Position numbers and translations under genes: made by a program. From assembly GCA_038203635.1 (NCBI GenBank), contig JBBRDT010000003.1:22776-86775 (forward strand): a stretch of DNA of 64,000 nucleotides, written 5' to 3'. Source of the stretch: Solirubrobacterales bacterium. GTDB taxonomy: Bacteria > Actinomycetota > Thermoleophilia > Solirubrobacterales > JBBDJG01. Under the pieces are notes generated by a model. The model was not told where the DNA came from and did not search any database. It saw only the letters and a program-made list of their open reading frames with translations. Below, piece after piece: positions 1 to 8,935 of this stretch. Each line of letters begins with the position of its first letter. Positions within the stretch are counted from its first letter, which is position 1.

Positions 1-1
1 G

Positions 2-274
2 GTGATCCGGCCCGGCGGCGAGCTGCGCTTCTATGAACACGTGCGCGCGCACGACGCTCGCGAGGCGCGCAGCCAGGACCGGATCGACCGGCTGTGGCCA
101 CGCTTCAGCGGTGGCTGCCATCCGAACCGCGACACCCCGGCCGCGATCGAGGCGGCGGGCTTCGACATCGAGCGCTGCGAGCGCTTCAGCTTCCGGCCGT
201 TCGTCTTGCTGAAGGCGATCGAGCCACACGTCATAGGCGTCGCAAGACGACCCGATACATCAGAGCTCCCGTGA
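2..274 (+). CDS. Class I SAM-dependent methyltransferase, C-terminal part (5' end lies outside the window)
   Basis: The frame is open to the window edge. The segment RPGGELRFYEHVRA...GGCHPNRDT...AGF resembles the C-terminal region of Methyltransf_11/25-type enzymes. Confidence 0.5.
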   Translation: MIRPGGELRFYEHVRAHDAREARSQDRIDRLWPRFSGGCHPNRDTPAAIEAAGFDIERCERFSFRPFVLLKAIEPHVIGVARRPDTSELP

Positions 275-319
275 TTTCGCGCTTGCGAAATCACGGCATA
301 TGAGAGAGAGGAGACGGAC

Positions 320-676
320 ATGGCTGACTACACGGCCAAGAAGATCGACGACATGGAGGCGCTGATGCAGGGCGGCTTCAAGCTCGCCCGTGCGGAGCTC
401 GGCGTGGCGGCGTTCGGCATGCAGGTCATCGACATGCCGCCCAACTACGCGGACTATCCCCAGCACGATCATTCGGACGCCGGTCAGGAAGAGGTCTACG
501 TCGTCCTCAAGGGATCGGCCGAGATGGATGTTGACGGGGAGCGCGTGCAGATCGACCCCGACACGATCATCCGCGTCGGGGCCAAGGCGAAGCGCAAGAT
601 CACCCCGGGCGATCAGGGCGTGCGGTTGCTCGCGCTCGGTGGCACGCCGGGCCAGGCCTACGAGGCGGCGACCTGA
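320..676 (+). CDS. Cupin domain protein
   Basis: 118 aa with a cupin-like core (HDHSDAGQEEVYVVLKGSAEMDVDGERV). A GAGAGAGGAGA Shine-Dalgarno-like tract lies just upstream of the ATG. Confidence 0.7.
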   Translation: MADYTAKKIDDMEALMQGGFKLARAELGVAAFGMQVIDMPPNYADYPQHDHSDAGQEEVYVVLKGSAEMDVDGERVQIDPDTIIRVGAKAKRKITPGDQGVRLLALGGTPGQAYEAAT

Positions 677-677
677 T

Positions 678-1661
678 CTAGCGGTTGACGGTCATCATGC
701 CGATGCGGTCGTAGCGGTCGCCGGCTGCCGCGGGCATCTCGGCGTCGATGCGCGCGAGGTCGTCTGCGGACAGCTCGACGTCGACTGCGGCGAGGTTCTC
801 CTCGAGGTACTTGCGGCGCTTGGTGCCAGGGATCGGGACGACGTCCTCGCCCTGCGCAAGTACCCACGCGAGCGCGAACTGACCGGGCGTGCAGCCCTTC
901 TCGGCGGCCAGCTCCTCGACCTTGGCGGCGAGCTTCAGGTTCTGCTCGAGCGCCTCTCCCTGGAAGCGCGGTCCGTGACGGCGAAAGTCGCTCTCATCGA
1001 GGTCGTCCGGTGACTTGAAGCGCCCCGACAGGAACCCGCGCCCGAGCGGCGAGTAGGGCACGAAGCCGACGCCCAGCTCGCGACACGCCGGCAGGATCTC
1101 CGCCTCGACGTCCCGCGTCCACAGCGAGTACTCGGTCTGGAGCGCGGTGATGGGGTGTACGGCGTGCGCGCGCCGCAGCGTCTCGGGGGCAGCCTCGCTG
1201 AGCCCGATGTGGCGCACCTTGCCCTCCTTGACGAGCTCGGCCATCGCGCCAACCGTCTCCTCGATGTCCCTGTTGAAGTCGACGCGGTGCAGGTACCAGA
1301 GGTCGACGTGGTCGGTCCCCAGCCGCTTCAGGGAGCCCTCGATCGAGTTGCGCGCGTTCTCGGGGGAGCCGTCCAGCACCCGGTTGGTCGGGTCCTCCTT
1401 CGTGGGCGCGAAGCGAATCCCGAACTTGGTGGCGAGGACGAACTCGTCACGCCGGCCGGCGATCGCCTTGCCCAGCAGCTCCTCGTTCTTGAAGGGGCCG
1501 TACATCTCGGCGGTGTCGAGGAAGTTGCAGCCCAGCTCGAGCGCGCGGTCGATGGTGGCGAGCGCCTCGCCCTCGTCGGTCGTGCCGTAGAAGGCGGACA
1601 TGCCCATGCAGCCGAGTCCCATCGCTGGAACATTCAGTGACCCAAGTTTGCGTTGCTTCAT
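678..1661 (-). CDS. Aldo/keto reductase
   Basis: 327 aa with typical AKR blocks: [34 protein letters not shown]. Confidence 0.9.
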   Translation of the reverse strand: MKQRKLGSLNVPAMGLGCMGMSAFYGTTDEGEALATIDRALELGCNFLDTAEMYGPFKNEELLGKAIAGRRDEFVLATKFGIRFAPTKEDPTNRVLDGSPENARNSIEGSLKRLGTDHVDLWYLHRVDFNRDIEETVGAMAELVKEGKVRHIGLSEAAPETLRRAHAVHPITALQTEYSLWTRDVEAEILPACRELGVGFVPYSPLGRGFLSGRFKSPDDLDESDFRRHGPRFQGEALEQNLKLAAKVEELAAEKGCTPGQFALAWVLAQGEDVVPIPGTKRRKYLEENLAAVDVELSADDLARIDAEMPAAAGDRYDRIGMMTVNR

Positions 1662-2038
1662 CGTGCGGCCAGCCTTTCGCGGTAGTAGCCGATCTTGTAG
1701 TCGATCAGCTCGAGGTTGCGCTCCGTCTCGGCGAGATGGGCGCGGACGGCGTCGCGGTGCTGTTCGAGCAGCGCGAGCCGCGCTTCATGCGTGTCGTCGC
1801 CCCGCCGCATCAGGTCCGCGTAGTCGCGAATCTGGCGGATCGGCATCCCGGTGGAGCGAAGCTTGGTCAGGAACTGGATGCGCGCGAGGTCCTCCTCGGC
1901 GTAGCGCCGGTGCCCGCTGGCCGCCCGGTCGACGGGGTCGAGCAGGCCGGCGCGCTCGTAGTAGCGCAGGGTGTGTGCGCTGACGCCGCTGGCGCGGGCG
2001 GCGTCGGAGATCGTGAGTGGTGCGGTGGTGGTGGTCAT
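1658..2038 (-). CDS. MerR family transcriptional regulator
   Basis: N-terminal MerR helix-turn-helix ([24 protein letters not shown]). A 4-nt overlap with the downstream AKR gene suggests a two-gene operon. Confidence 0.9.
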   Translation of the reverse strand: MTTTTAPLTISDAARASGVSAHTLRYYERAGLLDPVDRAASGHRRYAEEDLARIQFLTKLRSTGMPIRQIRDYADLMRRGDDTHEARLALLEQHRDAVRAHLAETERNLELIDYKIGYYRERLAAR

Positions 2039-2071
2039 GCGCGCACCATAAGACTTAGAGCGCGCTCTAGG

Positions 2072-2935
2072 TCAAGCTCTGGCGCGGACGACGAAGGATT
2101 CGCGCACGAACCGCTCGGCATTCCCGGCCAGCTGGGCCAGCTGCTGCTCGCCTACCAGCGGCGAAGCCGCAACCTGCGAATGCAGCTCTTCCAGCGTGCC
2201 CATTGCAGCGGGATAGTCGGTCCCGAAGAAGATGCGATCGGGCGCCGTCTCGAACGCCACGCGCAGCTCCCCCTCGAGGCGTTCGCGCGGCTCGCCCGCT
2301 CGCGCCATCTCGATGCTCCCGAACACGTTGGTCGTGTCGAGCCACACCTGGGGATGGCGGCGCGCCATCTCGGTCGCCCATTCCAGGCGAGGGAACGCGC
2401 AGTGGCACAACACGAGCGGGATCGAGGGATGGCGCTCCGCGATGCGCTCCAGCTCCCCCAGGTCGTAGCCCCATCCGTACCACTCGTCGAAGCCGGTGTG
2501 CACGTAGAGCGGCAGCGCGTACTCCGCAAGCGCCGCGATCGCCGGCTCGAGCGCCGGGTGCCCCGGGGAGAAGCGCTGCACCATCGGGTGGAGCTTCAGG
2601 CCGCGCATGCCGTGGTCCTCGATTGCTGATCGCACCACCGCCTCGGGATCCGGGTCGTCGACGTGGACTCCGCCCACGGGTATCACCCCGGGGTCCTGCG
2701 CGGACAGCTCGGCGCCAAAGCGGTGCAGCTCGTCGGCCTCGCCGGCCGCGAGCGGGAACAGCAGGTTGACCATCACGTGTCCGCCGGCGGCGTGCAGGTC
2801 GGCGAGCGCGCCTTCGGCGCTGATGTCGACTGGGATCGCCACACCGGGGAGGCCGCGGTGCAGCCATCGCATGAGTCCGGCCGTGCGCTCGGCCGGCAGC
2901 AGGTGGACGTGCGGATCGACCCGGGCGGTGACCAC
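2072..2935 (-). CDS. Amidohydrolase family (amidohydrolase_2 type) metal-dependent hydrolase
   Basis: Contains VDPHVHLL near the N-terminus, an LKLHP block, and FGTDYP near the C-terminus. Confidence 0.8.
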   Translation of the reverse strand: MVTARVDPHVHLLPAERTAGLMRWLHRGLPGVAIPVDISAEGALADLHAAGGHVMVNLLFPLAAGEADELHRFGAELSAQDPGVIPVGGVHVDDPDPEAVVRSAIEDHGMRGLKLHPMVQRFSPGHPALEPAIAALAEYALPLYVHTGFDEWYGWGYDLGELERIAERHPSIPLVLCHCAFPRLEWATEMARRHPQVWLDTTNVFGSIEMARAGEPRERLEGELRVAFETAPDRIFFGTDYPAAMGTLEELHSQVAASPLVGEQQLAQLAGNAERFVRESFVVRARA

Positions 2936-3017
2936 GGTCGGGAAGTATCGCGCCTCTCATCTGAGGGCTGGCATAACGGGGCTGACTCGCGCGCCTGACC
3001 GCGTTAGGGTTGCGGCC

Positions 3018-3959
3018 ATGCCCGAGCCCTCCCCCGAGCAGGTCGTCGACTCGATCAACGATCTGTCCGGCGTGCACCCCGGCCACCGCGCCGCGCACGC
3101 AAAGGGCACGCTCTGCGCGGGGACGTTCACCGCCACGCCTGCGGCGTCGGGGTTGACCCGCGCCGCGCACATGAACGGCGAGCCGGTGCGCGCCACCGTG
3201 CGCTTCTCCAACGGCGGCGGCGACCCCGGTATCCCGGACTACGCGACCGAGGGCCGCGGCATGGCGGTCAAGCTGTACCTCGAGGACGGGCGCCGTGCCG
3301 ACATGGTCGCGCTCTCCCTGCCGGTCTTCTTCGCGCGCACGCCCGAGGACTTCTTCGCGTTCACGTGCGCCCGCAAGCCCGATCCCGCCACGGGCCAGCC
3401 GGACATGGAACGGCTCGGCAAGTGGCTGGGCGAGCATCCGGAAGCCGGCCCGGCGATCCAGGCCGCGGTGACCGCACCGCCGCCGGAGAGCTACGCGCGG
3501 TGCGAGTACAACGGCATTCACGCGTTCCGGTATGTGAACGCCGATGGCGAGGGCCGCTTCATCCGCTTCCGCTGGGAGCCGGAGGACGGCGTCGCGAGCC
3601 TCACGGCGGAGGAGGCAAAGGAGCGTGGCGCGGACTACCTGCAAGAGGAGATCCTGACGCGCCTGGGCAACGGTCCGGCCGCCTTCCGCCTGGTGGTCAC
3701 CCTCGCCGAGCTGGGCGACTCGGTCGACGACCCGACCGAGGCATGGCCATCCGAGCGTGAGACGGTCGTGGTTGGGCGCCTGGAGCTGACCGGTCCGGAG
3801 ACCGAGCGGGAGCAGGAAGGCGACGTGCTGGTGTTCGATCCCGTCCGGGTGGTCGGCGGCATCGAGCTGACCGAGGATCCGATCCTGCGCTTTCGCCACT
3901 ACGCCTACGCCGTTTCGGTTGAGCGGCGCAGCGGCGCAGTGCTCGCCCCGGCCAGCTAG
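3018..3959 (+). CDS. Catalase-related peroxidase (small catalase-family protein)
   Basis: Catalase-core-like motifs: HAKGTLCAGTFTA, RFSNGGGDP, GMAVKLYL, FIRFRW. I chose the ATG at 3018. The part of the tracked ORF upstream of it is Arg/Ser-rich shadow sequence. Confidence 0.8.
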   Translation: MPEPSPEQVVDSINDLSGVHPGHRAAHAKGTLCAGTFTATPAASGLTRAAHMNGEPVRATVRFSNGGGDPGIPDYATEGRGMAVKLYLEDGRRADMVALSLPVFFARTPEDFFAFTCARKPDPATGQPDMERLGKWLGEHPEAGPAIQAAVTAPPPESYARCEYNGIHAFRYVNADGEGRFIRFRWEPEDGVASLTAEEAKERGADYLQEEILTRLGNGPAAFRLVVTLAELGDSVDDPTEAWPSERETVVVGRLELTGPETEREQEGDVLVFDPVRVVGGIELTEDPILRFRHYAYAVSVERRSGAVLAPAS

Positions 3960-4112
3960 ACCGGCAAACGGGGCTCGTTAGTCCCAGATACGGCCCAAGC
4001 GAGAGGCGCCCGTCTCGGCGCTCGCCCTGAACACCCTGTGCGTTCCGGAGCCGATGAGTTTCTCGCCGGGATGCGGTTATAGGGTTGAGCGACAGAGGAG
4101 GGAGGACGTCCC

Positions 4113-4730
4113 ATGGGCAAGGTCAGCTTCGACATGTCGGTTTCGCTCGACGGCTTCATGACGGGGCCCGACGACAACGCCGAGCAGGCACTGGGCGAGG
4201 GTGGGGAGCGGCTCCACGAATGGCTGTACGACTTGGCGAGCTTTCACGCGGGTCACGGCCGGGAGGGCGGGCAGGCGAATCGTGACTCGGAGGTGCTCGA
4301 GGAAGCATTCAGGAACACGGGAGCGGTTTTGATGGGCCGGCGCATGTTCGACTTCGCCGAGCCGGCGTGGGGAGACAACCCTCCGTTCGGCGTGCCTGTG
4401 TTCGTCGTCACCCACAACGGCCGGGACCCGATCCCCAAGCAGGGTGGAACGACCTTCAACTTCGTGACCGGCGGCATCGAAAGCGCGCTCGACCAGGCCC
4501 GGGCGGCGGCCGGCGACAATGACGTGATGATTGCCGGGGGTGCGAACGTCGTGCAGCAGTCCCTGCGGGCGGGGCTGATCGACGAGTTCCAGATTCACAT
4601 CGCCCCCGTGCTCCTCGGTGCAGGCCGCCCCCTGTTCGGCGATCTGGCCGCCGAGCACATCGAACTGGAGACCACCCGGGTGATCGAGTCTCCCGGTGTG
4701 ACGCACCTCAGGTTCCGCGTCGTAAAGTAG
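4113..4730 (+). CDS. Dihydrofolate reductase-like (RibD C-terminal domain) family protein
   Basis: Contains MSVSLDGFMTGPDD, GRRMFD, the ending IAPVLLGAGRPLF, and GGAGGGAGG upstream of the ATG. Confidence 0.85.
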   Translation: MGKVSFDMSVSLDGFMTGPDDNAEQALGEGGERLHEWLYDLASFHAGHGREGGQANRDSEVLEEAFRNTGAVLMGRRMFDFAEPAWGDNPPFGVPVFVVTHNGRDPIPKQGGTTFNFVTGGIESALDQARAAAGDNDVMIAGGANVVQQSLRAGLIDEFQIHIAPVLLGAGRPLFGDLAAEHIELETTRVIESPGVTHLRFRVVK

Positions 4731-4737
4731 GCGTCCC

Positions 4738-5289
4738 TTGCCCGACCGCCTGTACTTCACCGAGTCCGACGAGGCCAACGAGCTGATCGCCTCGGACCCG
4801 ATGGCGCTGTTGGTCGGCTTCGCGCTCGACCAGCAGGTCACGGTGCAGCAGGCGTTCGCCGGTCCGCTCGTGCTGCGCGAGCGCCTCGGCACGATCGATG
4901 CCGCCACGCTGGCGGCGGCCGACCTCGAGCCGGTGTTCCGCGCCAAGCCGGCGATCCACCGCTATCCCGGAATGATGGCCCGGCGGGTGCACGACCTGGC
5001 GCTCCACGTGCGCGACCACTACGACGGCGACGCCGCACGCGTGTGGACCGACGCGGCGGGCGCAGACGCGCTGCGCGCCAATCTCATGGCCCTCCCCGGC
5101 TTCGGCGAGATGAAGGTGAAGGCGCTGGGCGCCGTCCTCGCCAAGCGCTTCGGCGTGGACGCCGCCCGCGACCTCGTCCCCTGGCATCCGACACTCGGGG
5201 ACGTCGACTCCCTGCAGGCACTCGATGATTACCAAGCGGCAAAACGCGCCCACAAGGCCGAATGGTCGAAGGCGCAGATGCGCTCGTAG
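4738..5289 (+). CDS. HhH-GPD-type base-excision DNA repair protein
   Basis: LYFTESDEANELIASDP...LDQQV...IHRYPG...LPGFGEMK matches the short actinobacterial HhH-GPD family. TTG start. Confidence 0.75.
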   Translation: MPDRLYFTESDEANELIASDPMALLVGFALDQQVTVQQAFAGPLVLRERLGTIDAATLAAADLEPVFRAKPAIHRYPGMMARRVHDLALHVRDHYDGDAARVWTDAAGADALRANLMALPGFGEMKVKALGAVLAKRFGVDAARDLVPWHPTLGDVDSLQALDDYQAAKRAHKAEWSKAQMRS

Positions 5290-5292
5290 TCG

Positions 5293-6249
5293 TTAAGGGA
5301 CGAATACGCCCTGGTCGGCGAACAGGGTGTTGGGTGTCGTGGACGCCATGCCGTCGGAGCCGCCGTCGAAGACCTGGACCTTCCCGAGCTCCCACACCGA
5401 GCGCTTGCCCTCCAGCACGGCGCCGGGCATCACGGCATCCGCGGTGGTGGTGACCGAGCACGTCGATCCGATCGCGGGATCGCCCGTGGCGGCGCAGGGG
5501 AGCGTGAACGTGAACGTGGTGTCGCCCGTCGCCGGTTCCGTGAGAGAAGGTCCGCTGTCGCGGTCCGTCACCCGCAGGTCGAGCCTTGCCTGCAGCTGGC
5601 CCGTGTAGTCGGTCAGGTCGCTTTTCTTTCGCACGTCGGTCATCGAGGCGACGAACTGGACGTTCGCGTCGTCCGGGGGGCCGGCAGCGCCCACCTGCGT
5701 GACCACCCTGATGGACCCGGCCGAGTTCGCCTGGTTGCCGTTGCCGATCACGTCAGGCGAACCCACCGTGAGCCAGTCGGACGCCTGCGTCGGCGGACCG
5801 CAGGACGCACCGTTGAGCGGGGGTCCGTGCTGGCGGTTCGAGGCCGTGCACGGCTTGTAGGCGACCACGAGCGAAGTCCGCAGCGGCGAAGCGCTCTGTG
5901 GCCGGGCATAGCCCGTGTTCACCGCCACCGTGCCCGACATGCCGGCGCCGTTGGGCCCGCCGTGCAACTCGCAGTAGTACTTGTAGACGCCCGGGGTGTT
6001 GAAGGTCCGCTGCACGCTCCAGGCCGCGCCCGAGGGTGAGGCGGGCATGTCAAAGCTGTTGTCGTCGAAGTGGACGTTGTGGACTCCGCCGCCGTTGTTC
6101 CACGTGACCATCTCGCCGACGTTCACGCCCACGTGCTTGGCAGAGAACGTGTTGGCGGGTGTCGTGGTCACGGTCTGGTTGGCCGCGAGCGCCGAAGCCG
6201 GCGTCACGAGGGCGACGAGCGCCCCTATTCCAACGAGACGGATTCTCAT
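5293..6249 (-). CDS. Secreted cupredoxin (type-1 blue copper) domain protein with a long C-terminal extension
   Basis: Signal peptide (ALVALVTPASALA). Copper-ligand pattern HNVHF ... YYCELHGGPNGAGM (His, Cys-x2-His, Met). Confidence 0.75.
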   Translation of the reverse strand: MRIRLVGIGALVALVTPASALAANQTVTTTPANTFSAKHVGVNVGEMVTWNNGGGVHNVHFDDNSFDMPASPSGAAWSVQRTFNTPGVYKYYCELHGGPNGAGMSGTVAVNTGYARPQSASPLRTSLVVAYKPCTASNRQHGPPLNGASCGPPTQASDWLTVGSPDVIGNGNQANSAGSIRVVTQVGAAGPPDDANVQFVASMTDVRKKSDLTDYTGQLQARLDLRVTDRDSGPSLTEPATGDTTFTFTLPCAATGDPAIGSTCSVTTTADAVMPGAVLEGKRSVWELGKVQVFDGGSDGMASTTPNTLFADQGVFVP

Positions 6250-6986
6250 GTCCTCAGCGCGATCTTACGCTTCGCGGAGCGAGTGTTGCCCGCCGCGTCC
6301 CTGGCGGTCACGGTTAGCCTGGCGGTGAGCCGCGTGCGACGCCCGAACGCCCGGCGGAGCGCTTTCGACGCTTGCTTTGGAAGCTTCAGCTTGAGCGTCG
6401 CCTTCGCCCCCGCCGCGAGCCGCTTCGACGCCTTCTTCAGGCGGATGACCTTGCCCGCGCCTGGCACTGAGACCGTTCCCGCGGCGACCACGGTGGATGC
6501 CTCGTTGACCTCGACCGCGACGAGGACCGCGCGCCGGCGCAGGGCCCGCTGCTTCCTCCGACCGCTCAGCTTCAAGGTTGGCTTGACCTTGTCGGCGGCG
6601 ACGGGCTGAGGCGGTCCCGGCCCGGGCCCAGGCCCGGGCGGCGCGCCGTACGACAGCACCGTGACGGTGCCCGTCATGTTGTCGCTCGTAACGTGGGCCT
6701 CGCAGATGTAGCGAAACGTTCCCACCGTGTTGAACGTCCGCGACACAGGCATCGGCCACGGGTCCACAGGGTCGGGCGGCTCATCGAACAAGCCGTCGTC
6801 GAAAAGGACGTTGTGGAACCCGCCGGCGTTGTTCCACGTGACCGACTCGCCGACGTTTACGCTGACATCCTTGGGCGAGAAGGCGTTGGAGCTTGTCGCC
6901 GTCACGGTCTGGCTGGCCGCCAGCGCCGTGTCTGCCGGCACCAGAAGGGCGACGAGGACACCGATCCCAGGACCGCGGATCCTCAT
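6246..6986 (-). CDS. Secreted cupredoxin domain protein with a PGPGPGPGP linker and a basic C-terminal beta-rich module
   Basis: Signal peptide. Copper-ligand pattern FHNVLF ... YICEAHVTSDNM. Paralogue of the downstream gene, with similarity visible at DNA level in the N-terminal halves. 4-nt overlap with that gene. Confidence 0.75.
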   Translation of the reverse strand: MRIRGPGIGVLVALLVPADTALAASQTVTATSSNAFSPKDVSVNVGESVTWNNAGGFHNVLFDDGLFDEPPDPVDPWPMPVSRTFNTVGTFRYICEAHVTSDNMTGTVTVLSYGAPPGPGPGPGPPQPVAADKVKPTLKLSGRRKQRALRRRAVLVAVEVNEASTVVAAGTVSVPGAGKVIRLKKASKRLAAGAKATLKLKLPKQASKALRRAFGRRTRLTARLTVTARDAAGNTRSAKRKIALRT

Positions 6987-7003
6987 CTGCCGACCCTATC
7001 CAA

Positions 7004-7021
7004 ACGCCGCTGCAGCGGCGT
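7004..7021. promoter_or_regulatory. Perfect 18-bp palindrome ACGCCGCTGCAGCGGCGT in the divergent cupredoxin/MFS intergenic region (candidate operator or 5' hairpin)
   Basis: Read directly from the sequence. It sits between divergent starts at 6986 (-) and 7069 (+). Confidence 0.25.
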
Positions 7022-7068
7022 CAGTTGCATGCACCGATGAGTTTTGGACCAATTCCTAGTTTCAGAGG

Positions 7069-8595
7069 GTGACCTGCGAGCATGAGACAAACGAGACACC
7101 GGGAGATCAGAACGTGACGGCTGATACAAGCAAGAACGACCGTCAGCGGTGGTTGGCGCTGTACGTGCTCTGCGGCGGATTGCTCATGATCGTGCTCGAC
7201 TCGACGATCGTGAACGTCGCGCTGCCCACGATCAAGGACGACCTTGGCTTCACCCAGGGCAACCTCGCGTGGGTTGTGAACGCATACCTGATCGCGTTCG
7301 GTGGCCTGCTGCTGCTGGCCGGGCGCCTCGGCGACCTGATCGGCCAGCGGCGCATCTTCCTGATCGGCCTCGCCATCTTCACCACCGCGTCGGCTGTGTG
7401 CGCCGTTGCGCAGACCCAGGGCATGCTGATCGGCGCGCGCTTCATCCAGGGCGCGGGCGGCGCGATCAGCTCGGCCGTGATCCTCGGCATGATCGTCACG
7501 ATGTTCCCCGAGCCGCGCGAGCAGGCGAAGGCGATCGGGGTCTTCGCCTTCATCGCCTCCGCGGGCGCCTCGATCGGGCTGCTCGCCGGCGGCATCTTGA
7601 CGGAGGCGATCAACTGGCACTGGATCTTCTTCGTCAATCTGCCGGTTGGTGTCGTGGTCGCGCTCTCTGCGCTCCGGCTGGTCCCGGACCGTCCGGGCCT
7701 CGGCCTCGAGAAGGGAGCCGATGTTCCCGGCGCCGTGCTGCTGACCGGCGGGCTGATGCTCTTCGTGTACACGCTGCTCGAGACCGGCAAACAGGGATGG
7801 GGATCGACTCAGACGCTGTTGCTCGGCGGCGTCGCAATCGCTCTGCTGACCGCGTTCGTCGTGCGCCAGGCGCGCATCGACAACCCGCTCATGCCGCTGC
7901 GCCTGTTCCGCTCCCGGAACGTCACGGGCGCCAACGCGGTGATGGGCCTCCTCGTGGTCGGTTTCTTCGGGATGTTCTTCATGGGCGCCCTCTACCTGCA
8001 GGGGATCCTCGACTTCAGCCCTCTCGGTGTCGGCTTCGCCTTCCTGCCGTCGTGCATCGTGATGGGCACGTTGTCGCTGCGCTATGCGGAGCGCCTGATC
8101 ATGGGTTTCGGGGCGCGGAACGCGCTGATCACGGGCCTGCTGTTCGCGGGCGCCGGGCTGCTCCTGTTCGCGCGGGCGCCGGTCGACGGCAGCTACGTCG
8201 AGCACGTCCTGCCGGTCATGCTGCTGCTCGGCGTTGGGGCCGGGGTCTCCTTCCCGGCGCTGATGACGCTCGCCATGTCGGGCGCCACGAAGAGCGACTC
8301 GGGACTCGCCTCGGGCTTCGTCAACACGACCACGCAGGTGGGCGGCGCCATCGGCCTGGCGGTGCTCGCGACGGTTGCGACCTCGCGCACCGACGCGCTG
8401 CGCGCCGACGGAGTGGCGCGGGATGCCGCGCTCAACTCGGGCTATCACCTCGCCTACCTCATCGGCGCCGCGCTCATCGGGGCGGCTGTCCTGGTCGCGC
8501 TGTTCGTCGTGCGCGCGGAGCCACTCGCGGGCGCCGGGCAGGCCGACGCCGAGGCCGGAGACGAAGCGGAGCCCGCCTACGCCGAGGCCGCCTGA
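7069..8595 (+). CDS. MFS transporter, DHA2 (EmrB/QacA-like, 14-TM) family
   Basis: Contains LDSTIVNVALPTI, GRLGDLIGQRR and multiple hydrophobic spans. The exact start is uncertain. Confidence 0.9.
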   Translation: MTCEHETNETPGDQNVTADTSKNDRQRWLALYVLCGGLLMIVLDSTIVNVALPTIKDDLGFTQGNLAWVVNAYLIAFGGLLLLAGRLGDLIGQRRIFLIGLAIFTTASAVCAVAQTQGMLIGARFIQGAGGAISSAVILGMIVTMFPEPREQAKAIGVFAFIASAGASIGLLAGGILTEAINWHWIFFVNLPVGVVVALSALRLVPDRPGLGLEKGADVPGAVLLTGGLMLFVYTLLETGKQGWGSTQTLLLGGVAIALLTAFVVRQARIDNPLMPLRLFRSRNVTGANAVMGLLVVGFFGMFFMGALYLQGILDFSPLGVGFAFLPSCIVMGTLSLRYAERLIMGFGARNALITGLLFAGAGLLLFARAPVDGSYVEHVLPVMLLLGVGAGVSFPALMTLAMSGATKSDSGLASGFVNTTTQVGGAIGLAVLATVATSRTDALRADGVARDAALNSGYHLAYLIGAALIGAAVLVALFVVRAEPLAGAGQADAEAGDEAEPAYAEAA

Positions 8596-8881
8596 GCCGA
8601 GTTGACGACGGCTCTCTCGCGTTCGCGCTCGCGCATGCTTCAATTAGCGGACCAGAGAAAGGAGGTGGTCCTACTGAATCACATACTTTTCGGGACGCTG
8701 GAGGTGCGGGGCCGCTAGGCGGCCGCCCGTTCCCGCCGTCGCGTGAGCGGCGGCGCGGCGCGTGCAGGGTGTGAGCCGCTTGGCGGAATTCCACCCCTAG
8801 CGCCGGTGAGAAGCGGCGCCGGGAAGACGTCCCGCCGGGCCAGACCAATCCGCTTTCTCGCTTCGAATCGCACCTGAAGAA

Positions 8882-8904
8882 GGGCCGCCCCTCGTGGGCG
8901 GCCC
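8882..8904. terminator. GC-rich hairpin (GGGCCGCCC-ctcgt-GGGCGGCCC) between convergent genes; probable bidirectional terminator
   Basis: 9-bp perfect stem, 32 nt below the stop of the minus-strand binding-protein gene. The flanks are only moderately T-rich. Confidence 0.5.
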
Positions 8905-8935
8905 TTCGCTTTGTCGGCGGCAAGCGGCTGCGCGC

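Noticed and set aside
2067-3899. 610-aa minus-strand ORF, and similar very long ORFs antisense or out of frame to annotated genes. Examples: 7021-8643, 7149-8774, 18253-19803, 26179-28074, 28058-29821, 35409-37199, 43108-44268, 45506-46801, 49507-51315, 57614-59296, 61293-62981.
   Set aside because: Their translations are Arg/Ala/Pro/Gly-rich low-complexity sequence with no motifs. They overlap genes that have clear family signatures and better GC3 bias. These are typical shadow ORFs of high-GC DNA.
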